From Hydrolagus colliei (Eukaryota), in assembly GCA_035084275.1 (NCBI GenBank), contig CM068755.1, positions 11,656,001 to 11,720,000 on the forward strand: a stretch of 64,000 nucleotides of DNA, in the 5' to 3' direction. Position 1 is the first letter of the stretch. Each line of letters starts with the position of its first letter. The position numbers were made by a program, and so were the translations under genes. The notes beneath the pieces were generated by a model. The model worked only from the letters and a program-made list of their open reading frames with translations, made no database searches and was not told the DNA's origin. Shown here piece after piece: positions 1 through 9,572 of this stretch.

Positions 1-616
1 GAAAGCAGGTGCATTAGGAATGCATCGAAATACCAGTTGTTTTTTTTGAAAAATTTAATTTACAAATTAACAACACTTATCAAAGCGTGGGCTTTGGGTT
101 CTGTTTGCCTGAATTTGTGGTAAGAGCTGACAAACCTATTCTCTTGCCCCTTGAGATTGCAATACTTGAGCTTAGTTAGTCAATTTGCATCAACAGAAAC
201 AAAACAATTTTCTTTTTGACATATTTCTCATATATTTGGGTAGATTACCACTACACATTCTCCATGTTTAACATATTTATGATAAATACTGTTCTTATGG
301 AATCAGTTGAGCATTGTAGAACTGCCCTGCGCTGGTCATTAAATAAACACAAATCTATCTGGGGAATCATTGATGTATTCTTTGCTGAGTGAAAGCAGTC
401 CTCGAAAATAATGAAATGGCTTTTTTTTATATATACTGTTGGGAAGTTGTAACTTCACCAACAAATCTGGATGGAACAAAAGCGGCCCTAGGATTGCTAG
501 GCAACAAATGCCCAGTTCCAAGTTTCTTAACTATTTATTGTGAGCAGTGCACTGCATAACTAGATCAAGCCAATATTGCAGCTAATAGAGGATACCAATT
601 ATGACCGATTACGTAC

Positions 617-686
617 ATCAAAATGGAGCTTTATGGTGCTGTCAATCCCTGCCAGCATACAAGTTATTCCAACATTAGAGTAAAAA
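617..686 (-). pseudogene. 70-nt exon-like segment FYSNVGITCMLAGIDSTIKLHFD
   Basis: cctgcag| acceptor and GAT|gtacgt donor. Ends in phase 0 and joins in frame to 530 (LRNLELGICCLAILGPLL..). Confidence 0.38.
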
Positions 687-1622
687 CTGCAGGCAATTGT
701 AATAAGCTGGATTCGCAAACAATTCGTAAATCTGGAATCTCACTGAGTTGAGCCAACTGACAGAAACTCGATGCCAATTTGCTCCATTGGAAGAACCAAT
801 GGAGCATGAGGTAATGTGGGCTTACAGACAGGACCAAAGTATTGTATGCAAGCATCTGACAGCTGGAATGCCAGCCTTATTTATGTTGTTAAATAATAAG
901 TATATATTTTTTTTTAATGATTTTTTGGGGATCAGGTTCTCCTCGTAACCTGATTCTAAATGGAGCACAACATATAATTAAGTTAGGAATTGGAATTTTG
1001 GGTCACCTATTCACTTTATGTGCATGGTATCCATGATTTTTTTTTTTAAAAAGCCAAAGCGTATAAATCAGTAGCATACTTAACAAATGTCTGGCCAAAT
1101 ATAAAATAAAGTATTGTTCTTAATCTATTACTATTGCACCTGTTTCCAATTTAACACAAACTAATAAACGTGGCCACGAGCGTTTGTGTAATCTCCGAAT
1201 TTGTTTTTTTGGCCCTCATTCATGGTTTCTTAACCATATATATGAGGTTTGAATTTTTGCAAGAATAATATCTATTCATCGAAATATCTGCATTAGACCA
1301 CCGGGGAGAAGTGCTATTGCTGGATTTTCCAAGATTGGATATATGTTGACTAAAGCATTGTGAAATAATGTGCAAAGCCCCAGAAGACTACACAGCCACT
1401 CTTCCAGCAACTGACAGCCATGGTGTTACAGCAAACAAACAAAACGATGTTCCAAATGCACAGAGGACTTTTGTCGTTGTTAATGTAGTTGACCATTTTT
1501 AATGGGTCAAGTGCATTTAAATGTAAACGCTCAAATATGTTTTCTTTTCTCAATAAATTATTTGACTTTTTCTCTCTTGCTGTCATTCTCCCCCCCACCA
1601 CCCCATGCAAAAAAGAATGTAC

Positions 1623-1685
1623 ATTTTGTTGGAATTGGAAGAGAGCCATAACTACAACATTCAACAAACTTAAGCCTGTGAAAAT
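1623..1685 (-). pseudogene. 63-nt exon-like segment IFTGLSLLNVVVMALFQFQQN
   Basis: ttttgtcag| acceptor and a weak AAT|gtacat donor. Phase 0-0 and open. Confidence 0.38.
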
Positions 1686-1814
1686 CTGACAAAACTAATA
1701 TCCTTTGTGACAGAAGGTGGGGTGGGGGGGGTAATACCTATATTATAAGGAATTCCAGTCTGGTTTCATACAGTTTGTTTTGGTTAACTTTTCATTTAAA
1801 AGTAAGATGAATCA

Positions 1815-2010
1815 TAAGGAGGCTTGGTACATTGTTCTTTTGCTACTGGGTGACTTGAGTTCAAATCCAATATAGACTGATGGATGAACATGTTTGTTTT
1901 GTTTTCAGATTGTGGGACTACAAAGTGAAATTGGCTTGTGGGGTAGATCAGGGTGTGTAATTCATCGAACGCAAACTGAACAGTTTATGTTGATAAACTA
2001 CATTGAAAAG
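1815..2010 (+). mobile_element. Ancient LF-SINE-like relic
   Basis: B-box-like gagttcaaatcca followed by gactgatggatgaa..tgtgggactacaaagtgaaattgg. Resembles the copy at about 56 kb. Confidence 0.4.
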
Positions 2011-2243
2011 GTAATAGGAATAGAGGAGGTGAAATGCTTAAAATTATTAAACAAGCTTTACAGATTTCAGTTTGGCCTCTTCTTTCTGATTGATCTCCAA
2101 ATAAACTGGACTGTAATAATAATCAATAATCATCCTTGCATTTGATATTCAGTATTCCATCACATCCATTTCAAAGGAGCAGGAAATTTCTCTCAGTGCC
2201 CTGGCCAAATGTCATCCAGATGCAAATTGGCTTCAGCATTTAC

Positions 2244-2479
2244 CTTTACATACAGCAAGTACACCTGACTGCAATAACTTGTAAAGCATTTTCCAATGAC
2301 TTTGGCATCGATGATTATTGTTTGTAATGTTGACCCTTGAGCATCCAGTGACTTGGGATGTCCTCCCGTCATGTATTGTATTGTATAAATCAATATATTG
2401 TTTTTGATAAGGAATCACTATTTATAAATGATACATCTTAACTGATTTGATCCTGGATCTTTGTCGCCACCTATTGGTC
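2244..2479 (-). pseudogene. Pseudo-exon: PIGGDKDPGSNQLRCIIYK**FLIKNNILIYTIQYMTGGHPKSLDAQGSTLQTIIIDAKVIGKCFTSYCSQVYLLYVK
   Basis: aaaacag| acceptor and AAG|gtaaat donor. 236 nt = 2 nt + 78 codons, with adjacent TAG TGA. Contains an ARM-like pattern (hydrophobic helix, M..HP.S...Q, second helix). Confidence 0.42.
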
Positions 2480-2487
2480 CTGTTTTA

Positions 2488-2598
2488 ATAATAATATTGC
2501 TTGCATTTAATACAACGCTTTTCACATCTTCTAGATGTCTCACAGCGCTTCACAGAATATACTGTAAAGTGAATTGACTGTATATATGTGGGTGAAGC
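2488..2598 (-). mobile_element. tRNA/Deu SINE 3' tail fragment
   Basis: Reverse complement of the family tail (cttgcatttaatacaacgcttttcacatcttctagatgtctc..gaattgactgtata). Confidence 0.85.
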
Positions 2599-2627
2599 AC
2601 TATCTCAAATACAGTACAAGAATTATT

Positions 2628-2694
2628 ATTATTCACCCCATGGCTGTTTGTGGGGCATTGACTGCTGTGTTTATCCTCAAAATATACAGTCAAA
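2628..2694 (+). mobile_element. tRNA/Deu SINE internal fragment, inverted relative to its neighbour
   Basis: catggctgtttgtgggg..ttgactgctgtgttt..aaaatatacagtcaa. Confidence 0.7.
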
Positions 2695-2925
2695 AATAAA
2701 TAAGGTGATTGATTTGGCTCAGCAATATTGATAGCTTTAAGAGTGGGTACTTTGAGGTTCGCCTTTTCTTTGTTCTTGTGTTCCATTAGTTGAAGAGGCA
2801 ATTGTCTCTGTTGCTGGATGTGATAGCTTAGTGTTTTCCATTTTTAATTTTAAATTTAAAAATTGCTTAAAATTGCAAATTGCGTAATTTGCTACAAATG
2901 AAAATAAGCTGTCTGCAGAGACTGA

Positions 2926-2962
2926 TGGAATTCCAAGGAAATGGTGGAATTCCAAGGAAATG
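2926..2962. repeat. Tandem duplication of tggaattccaaggaaatg (period 19)
   Basis: Two exact 18-mers at 2926 and 2945. Confidence 0.9.
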
Positions 2963-3329
2963 CAAAACATGGTGTACACTGAGGCATTTGCAAACAGTAC
3001 TTTGTGACTCTTATCCAAGGTATCCCACTATCAGCAGTAAGTGAAAGGACCTATTAAACCATTATCCTACCAAGGTGAAAGGCACTAGTAGGATTAGCAC
3101 GAGTAATAGTAGGCACTATCAATATAAATTTGTATTGTATTTATTAGAATCAATGATCCTATGTCTTTTCCCTTCCTTTTAGATGGTGCATGCACTCCCT
3201 GCATGGCCCTGATTGAAAATTGGAGCTGAGTGTGAAAGGAATCACAGAGGCAGTGTTGTTGAGTTCCTTTAGATTAGAGGTACCCTCTGAGCAAGACATT
3301 AAACTTACTTAAGACCAGGCTCTGCTTAC

Positions 3330-3368
3330 CTGTAGATGGAGACAAACCCTTCTTTAAAAATGTAAGTA
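3330..3368 (-). pseudogene. 39-nt exon-like segment (LTFLKKGLSPST in the phase 1-1 reading)
   Basis: Acceptor gcttttctgttttacag and donor CAG|gtaagc are both near consensus. Phase-compatible with 2479-2244. Confidence 0.45.
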
Positions 3369-3924
3369 CTGTAAAACAGAAAAGCTTGCGATCAATTAAG
3401 CAACATCCCTTTTGGATGTGCAGTGATAAAAGAACAAAGGAAATATTTAATAGAGTTCCAATTCATTTTGCATGAACTCAGTAAGTTTGTGAGCAAATGT
3501 ATTTTATTGGGTTGCATTGACGAGATAACTAAAGGTCCAAAAGTGTAAGCTTTAATATTGTAATTTTAAAAAATCCTAACTCAGCATTGGGAGTTGATAG
3601 AGGGAAGTACAAATGCAATGTAAACATGCAGTAGGATGAAGGTTCATTCATTTCCTTTGCCCCACTGTGTGTATCATTTGAGATTTCATCTGTGTTGCTG
3701 AGGGAGTTGTCAATCAGAGGTTGGGAGAGGCTGAGGAGAGGTATCTCTGGGCTATGCCTTCCCCCTAGAACCCAGTTAGGTGCAACTGCTCATTGTGAAC
3801 CGGAATCAGCAAATGGGGGAGACCTGCAGAGACTAAGTGGTACAAAGGAGACAATGCAAGATTGCAAAACATTTCAGAATAAAAATTGAAAATCATGACT
3901 ATTTCATGATTTTGAAATAAAATA

Positions 3925-4025
3925 TTATTAATAGTAATCGTTGCATTTGTTTGTGCCTTATCACTTTGTTGGGACGTCTCAAAGTGCTACACAGCAGATA
4001 CTATAACATGGATTGACTGTGTATT
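3925..4025 (-). mobile_element. Degenerate SINE/L2-type tail
   Basis: ttgcatttg..gccttatcac..gacgtctcaaagtgct..attgactgtgta. Confidence 0.7.
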
Positions 4026-4533
4026 AGATTTTGAAGTTAGATTTATCACACTATTTCAAAGTATGACAATCTGTAAATTGCCTTAAACATTCCATATAAT
4101 TTTTGTTGAAACGATTTGCTTTGTGCTCCTGATACACAGTGAAGCTCTGATGATAATTTCTGACATGAGGCGCAATATATCTTTTAAGAGCCTTATAGAA
4201 TGAAACATTGTACATTTTAGGCAAAGCAGGTGGTGAATACTCAATTTCAATGCAACGTTTTCAAGTTAACATGTGATGCAAACATGCCAAATAGACTTAT
4301 ATATACGTTTTTCTGTTAGAATAATATTTTGTTCTTTATAGATAATAGGAAGTTTTGATGTAAAAGATTTCTCAAACACCCTCCACCCTTCATAGGTCAG
4401 ACATCTACAGTTTCAGCTCATCTCAACCTCAGTAGCCTCTATCCTCCTCACACTTTTAGGTTCCTTTCCCCTGCAATGCAAATTCAAACTTACTCTAAGA
4501 TTTACACTATTATTATTAATAATATTAATAATC

Positions 4534-4890
4534 ATGGAGTCCTGTAGTTCAGTGGTTAGAGCACTCACCTTGCAAGTGAGAGACCTGGGTGCGATTCCCA
4601 GCAGGTCAGGACGAAACCTTCGGCAAGTTTCCTTACTCCTCACGCCTAATAATAATAATCCCTAAAAAAAAATTTAATTGGTAAATTCAATCCACGTCTG
4701 TGGGACACTGTGGTGCAATTGGCTGTCGCATTTTGCCCACAAAATTGACTATACAGTATATTCTGTGAAATGCTTTGAGACATCTAGAAGATGTGAAAAC
4801 AACAACAAAATTATATTTGTAAAGCTCCTTGAGGATGTCCCATGGCGCTGAAAAGCGCTGTTTCAAATTCAAGGATTATTATTATTATTA
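4534..4890 (+). mobile_element. Full-length tRNA-Ala-derived Deu-domain SINE (EshSINE1/SINE2-1_CM-like)
   Basis: Head ggagtcctgtagttcagtggttagagc (A box), cttgcaa anticodon loop, gggtgcgattccc (B box). Deu core tgtgggacactg..gcaattggctg. Tail aaggattattattatta. Confidence 0.9.
4800..4848 (-). mobile_element. 49-bp L2 3' end inserted antisense in the SINE tail
   Basis: caacaacaaaattatatttgta..ggatgtcccatggcgc matches the L2 ends at 17706, 26961 and 42357. Flanked by tgaaaa on both sides. Confidence 0.8.
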
Positions 4891-4904
4891 CACTAGAACT
4901 GATT

Positions 4905-5156
4905 TTTCAGGAACTTTGTCCCCATGCTCTGGAACTTTCTCCCAAAACAAATCTGTCTCACACCCTCTCTCCCTCTCTTCATCCAAAGTCATTTTAAAAT
5001 ACTACCTCTTTAACTACCTCGTCATCTCTTTCCATGTTCAGTCAATCAACTCCGATCAGGCCTGTTTTGCATCTCTCTCAGGCTCCTATTGCATCTCTAT
5101 CTAATGTATTGAGACATTATCCTACTAGTAAGTTGCTGTATAAGTGCAAATTGTCT
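4905..5156 (+). mobile_element. Old L2 LINE 3' fragment
   Basis: ctctggaactttctccc..caaagtcattttaaaatactacctcttt..tgagacatt..gctgtataagtgcaaattgt. Confidence 0.6.
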
Positions 5157-5307
5157 TCAAAATCATACTCACGCTCCTAAACTTATTCCAAATGCTCGCA
5201 GTAAAGATTCCCAAGTTATATTTACTCACCTACTCCGACAGATTGCCAGATTAATCTAGTGCTTTAACAATCCCAAAGTTGGCATCAGGCATCTGATAAT
5301 AGTAATA

Positions 5308-5378
5308 ATAATAATAATAATCCTTACATTTGATAAAGCACCTTATCACATCGTTCAGACGTGTCAAAGTACTTCACT
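5308..5378 (-). mobile_element. SINE/L2-type tail
   Basis: (taa)n tccttacatttgataaagcaccttatcacatc..gtcaaagtacttcac. Confidence 0.8.
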
Positions 5379-5556
5379 AAAATCTAACAGGAAATCATGT
5401 TGTTTTCCACTGGTGGAAGGTTGCTATTATTCCTTGGTAGAACAAATCCAGATTTAATAGCACAGATACCCTTGGGCAGTGATAGAGCAAGAGTAACGGC
5501 AACTTTTCCATATCACACTCACTGTGCCCCCACACCCAAAGCAACACTCCCCCATC

Positions 5557-5742
5557 TCAGCCACTGTACAAACATGACAAGATGTGGTCTACCACTTCCA
5601 TGTCCCTGGGCAGTGTCAGCAACATCTAACATGTGACACAAACCAGAAATGCAGCTTGCAGCCCAAGGCATAGATTTCAAGTCCTGGCAAGACGAGGGTA
5701 TTCAAAAGCCCTTGCCGTTTATCGACAACACAATGATTGACT
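5557..5742 (-). pseudogene. Pseudo-exon with frameshift: ..GLEIYALGCKLHF / MLLTLPRDMEVVDHILSCLYS
   Basis: Two frames give motifs resembling human LRRK2 EVQKLGCKALHV and EEIVLHVLHCLHS (recalled). Spacing is shorter than in LRRK2, implying a deletion. Confidence 0.4.
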
Positions 5743-6225
5743 CTTTTTGACATTGGAAAAAACACAGAAAACACAGGGGCTTGAAAACTTTTAAGGTATT
5801 CGATTTAGCCACCAGGTCACATATTTCCACTCCTCTATTTTACTAGATTTGTGCCTCAAGTGTTTAAATGGGAAAATCCCACCAGTGGAATATTTCAACG
5901 ATTAAAGCAAAGGCTTACTGTCAACAGTAGACAAAGCCCGCGGTGATAAATGTTACTGTTAACCATCAGCAGTAAACCCATCACTGTATCTCCGCAGGAA
6001 CGTATGGTATGAGCATTTTAAAAATGAGTTTGATGCACCATGTTTACACCATCAAAAGCACGTTGTTAAAAGTGCTTGCAGGCTGTCACCTTTATGATGG
6101 TTTCTAAAGCAAACACAATGTTGTGATAGCCATTGAGTTTAATAGCCTCACATCATCCAAATGGTTTGACTTGAAGTCTGATAAATTGAATTTACTGTAT
6201 ACAGTACATTGGCAATCTAACTTAC

Positions 6226-6400
6226 AATAATAATAATCTTGCATTTGATACAGTGCCTTATCAAGTCTTCTAGACGTCTCAAAGTGCTTTACAGAATATA
6301 CTGTAAAGTGAATTGTCTGTTTATTGTGGATGAAACGTGGCAACCAATTGCACACAACAGTATCCCAGTCATGGCTTGAAGTGGCCAATTTATTATTTTG
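6226..6400 (-). mobile_element. 5'-truncated tRNA/Deu SINE
   Basis: Tail plus Deu core (ccaattgcacacaacagtatccca) in reverse. Confidence 0.85.
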
Positions 6401-6951
6401 TGGTATAAAATGGTTGTTGCACAACAAATAAAATCACAGATAAGCTTCAAATAGTTTGAATAATGTACTGCATGTAACATAATCTGGTTTCTCAAAAACC
6501 TGTTAAATCAACTGGGATTATGGCAATGGAAAAAGACAATGATCTTTTTACTGCACATCAATCAGCACCTACCTATACCTGGATTTTTTAATTATCATAT
6601 AGAACAGTACAGTAAGATTTCACTCGGATATACCTGACAATCATGTTGACATAAATGTTCCGACTTCTGTTGAATTGTGGACACATTAAGGAACCAGTTT
6701 GTAGCAAAGTGCTGACGAAACCAAAAAATCAAACAAGAAATCTGCACCTATTTCATTAAAGGCTTTCAACAGATAATTTGCACATGAATGTCCAGAGCAA
6801 ACTGTGATCTGTAGTATCTTTGTTAATAAGCAGCAATCCAATAAAATAAGAACATAAGAATTTGCTCTGTGAGAGAAGACCAAAGTCCATCTCATTCGCC
6901 ATCCTGGCAGTCGTTTGACATTTTTTGTCCCTGTGACTGTAAATACTGTAC

Positions 6952-7084
6952 CTTAAAGTATAATGCATGTCTCTGCAGCATTGTAAGTATAAGACAATGT
7001 AAATCACTGCAATCCAATATAAAATTCTTGCTATCACTTCCCCATAGTATCAGCTGTTGCTCATCAATATTTAATATTTAGGCA
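6952..7084 (-). pseudogene. Pseudo-exon: A*ILNIDEQQLILWGSDSKNFILDCSDLHCLILTMLQRHALYFK
   Basis: Strong acceptor ttttaatttttttcag and donor AAG|gtacag. 133 nt = 1 nt + 44 codons, with one TAA near the start. Confidence 0.45.
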
Positions 7085-7357
7085 CTGAAAAAAATTAAAA
7101 GCATGAGCAATTAAAAATTTATCAACCACGGCATACATTGATTTACAGGAAATCTGTGAGCTGTTTTTTTGTTGTGGTAAAGTAGTGATGCACTTTATAT
7201 GTACAGGTACATACAATTCATCAGCGCAACTGTTATTCTATCACATTATTTTGAAAAGGCAAAAGCTTTGCAGAGTTGAGTTGATAGAACAATTTCATTG
7301 GCAGAGTTTGATCATTGTGCAAGGTTGCAAACTTCTTTTTTAATGGCTCATTCTATA

Positions 7358-7408
7358 GACAACAAAAACAAGTTCGATTTATATAGTGCTCTCCACGCCG
7401 ACATCAGA
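7358..7408 (-). mobile_element. Short L2 3' end (subfamily seen at 11330 and 26523)
   Basis: acaacaaaaacaagttcgatttatatagtgctctccacgccgacatc. Confidence 0.65.
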
Positions 7409-7652
7409 TGTGTAATTACAGTATTTTAAACAAACACTTTGGGGAACTCAGCAGGAAATTTACATCAAAATAAAAATATATGTACAATGTCACAATCAAT
7501 TAATTCTTCAAAATGTTGCAAAATGTATTTCACTTTTCCATTCATTTAGCTGCTTGGGCTTTGTAATATTTCACATTAGAAGTACAGTATATGGACTTTT
7601 TTTGGAATTGTTATAAATTATGGGAACAGATAAAAGCAAAGCTACATGGAAT

Positions 7653-7808
7653 ATTTAACAACCTTCTGACCCAGTGGCGAGAGAGCAACTAACTGAATTC
7701 TTGAAATGCGTGAAACATAAAACATTTTAAAAAATTCATAGAAAATGAAATACATTTAAAACAAATATGTTGAGACATATGCACAATGTTTATTTTTTCA
7801 CATGGAAT
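7653..7808. repeat. Local duplication copy A (copy B at 9409-9572)
   Basis: Shared blocks atttaacaa.cttctgacccag, aactgaattc.tgaaatg..tgaaacataaaaca, tatgttg.gacatatgcacaatgttt and acatggaat. Confidence 0.85.
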
Positions 7809-8907
7809 AGAATATCTGTACTCAGCGCTTAACATTCAGGGCCAGCCCTATAACAAGATTCCTTGTATTTATATTCAGCAATATACAGCTGATTATATGT
7901 GGAACTATTTAATGTGGAACACTTCCACTAACTGATGGAAATGGCTAAACACTGTTACTTGTAGCTGCAGTTGTTATTTCGAGAGATTGAAAGTGTCAAT
8001 ACCTTTCCCTCAAAATATTAGTGTGCTGCTGGATTAAACTCAGAGAACAGTTGTAATGCCAATTTAATGGGCTGCTTTAGTTGTATCAAATCGTCAAATT
8101 ATGATGACAGAATTAGCAGTGTTAGACAGAATGAATAACATTTCCCGGACTGGCTTAATTGACACTCATAAAAAAATATTAATAGCGTTCCATTAAAGAG
8201 AAGAGATAATAAGATGACATTGTAGAATAATTCATCATGAAGGAGTATTAGTGCTTACACTGGAGTAAGTAGCTTTGAAAAGATTCACAATTAAAAATGA
8301 AACAAATAACGGTTGTGTTGAATATGTCAAATTAAAAAAATGTTTAGTCAATTTGTATACTCATTGAGTAGTTTAAGTAATGCATTTATAATGTATTTAT
8401 AATGGCTTTTAAGGTTGGGTGTTTTTTAAATGCTCACACTGTTTACCTATTGCAATAGATAATACGCATCTTAATATTTTATACCAGATTGCTTTATGTC
8501 TATCATCTGTATCATGATGATTAATATTTTTTTACAAAAGCATGTTCATATTTATTGTTTAATCCATACATTTATTTTATTTGCAAATCATTCCTAACAT
8601 TGCTTCACATGTGTACAAACATGCTAGATCTTTCATAGTCACCATGAAATTAATTTATTGAATCTTCCCTAACTATCTGCCTAAATATGTTTACACTTTA
8701 GGACAAGAATCTTGAACCAAATACTCTTCCAAATGTGTCTTGAAGCAGTTACTGGTCATGCATCATAGTCTGTTTCCACCTTACCTTAATACTGTACAGA
8801 AGAAAAATGTGTTGTATAGGATGCTTCCTGATGCATCTTACTTAAGTAAGTACAGTAGTATATTTATATTTATGATGTTATAGTTTTATGTTACCAAAGT
8901 AGTTCTC

Positions 8908-9238
8908 ATGGAGTCCTCATGGAGTCCTCAGTGGTTAGTTCTCAGTGGTTAGAGTACTTGCCTCACAAGTGAGAGACCTGGGTTCGATTCCAGGCAGGGT
9001 GAAATCTTGGACTGGTTTCCTTACACTACATGCCTGATAATAATCCCTCCAGAAAAATATACAATAATAAATTGTTCATTTCAATCCACGACTGTTTGTG
9101 GGACACTGCTGTGCGCAATTGGCTGCTATGTTTCACACATATACAGTAAATTCACTTTACAGTATATTATGTGAAGCAATTTGAGGTGTCTAGAAGATGT
9201 GTAAAAGCGTTATATGAAATGCAAGGATTATTATTATT
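8908..9238 (+). mobile_element. Full-length tRNA/Deu SINE with rearranged head
   Basis: atggagtcctc twice and ctcagtggttag twice, then B box gggttcgattcc, Deu core and tail gcaaggattattattatt. Confidence 0.9.
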
Positions 9239-9324
9239 GATTAACTGGCAAGTTGAGACTGGCACAAAGTCATTCCTATTAAGCACATTTGTTGTTGTTG
9301 TGAGATCTTGGTTTAGCAATCATT

Positions 9325-9452
9325 CGAAGGATGGCATGCTTATCTAGGCATATCTCCCCCAGCACTGCACTGGAGTGTCAGCCCAGATTATGAACATAGA
9401 GTCCTAAAATTTAACAATCTTCTGACCCAGCGGTGAGAGTTCAACCAACTGA
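9325..9452 (-). mobile_element. Ancient SacSINE1-like (DeuSINE) head relic
   Basis: Reverse complement reads tcagttggttgaactctcaccgctgggtcagaag..cataatctgggctgacactccagtgcagtgctg. Confidence 0.65.
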
Positions 9453-9572
9453 ATTCATGAAATGAATGAAACATAAAACATGTTTTAATTTTGTAGAAGA
9501 TTAGGTACATCTATATGAAACAAAAACTATGTTGGGACATATGCACAATGTTTATTTTTTCTCTACATGGAA
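9409..9572. repeat. Local duplication copy B
   Basis: See 7653-7808. Confidence 0.85.

Larger units (their letters stand above)
339..7084 (-). pseudogene. Candidate decayed multi-exon gene encoding LRRK2-like N-terminal armadillo repeats; continues beyond the left edge
   Basis: Minus-strand AG..GT-bounded segments at 7084-6952, 5742-~5560, 3368-3330, 2479-2244, 1685-1623, 1410-~1300, 686-617 and 530-~340. Peptides include DLHCLILTMLQRHA, LEIYALGCKLH, MEVVDHILSCLYS, FLIKNNILIYTIQYMTGGHPKSLDAQGSTLQTI and LLNVVVMALFQFQQN. In-frame stops and a frameshift are present. Family assignment is by eye. Confidence 0.42.

Noticed and set aside
780-806. 11-bp perfect hairpin tgctccattgg-aagaa-ccaatggagca as a miRNA or terminator
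   Set aside because: The stem does not extend to pre-miRNA length, and an isolated short hairpin is plausible by chance.
4534-4610. tRNA-Ala(TGC) gene (also at 8908, 15676, 47295, 56934)
   Set aside because: No acceptor stem or Pol III terminator; the sequence continues into SINE body.
339-7084. Assigning the symbol LRRK2
   Set aside because: Similarity is weak and judged by eye, exon borders differ and stops are present. True LRRK2 orthologs would be far more similar.
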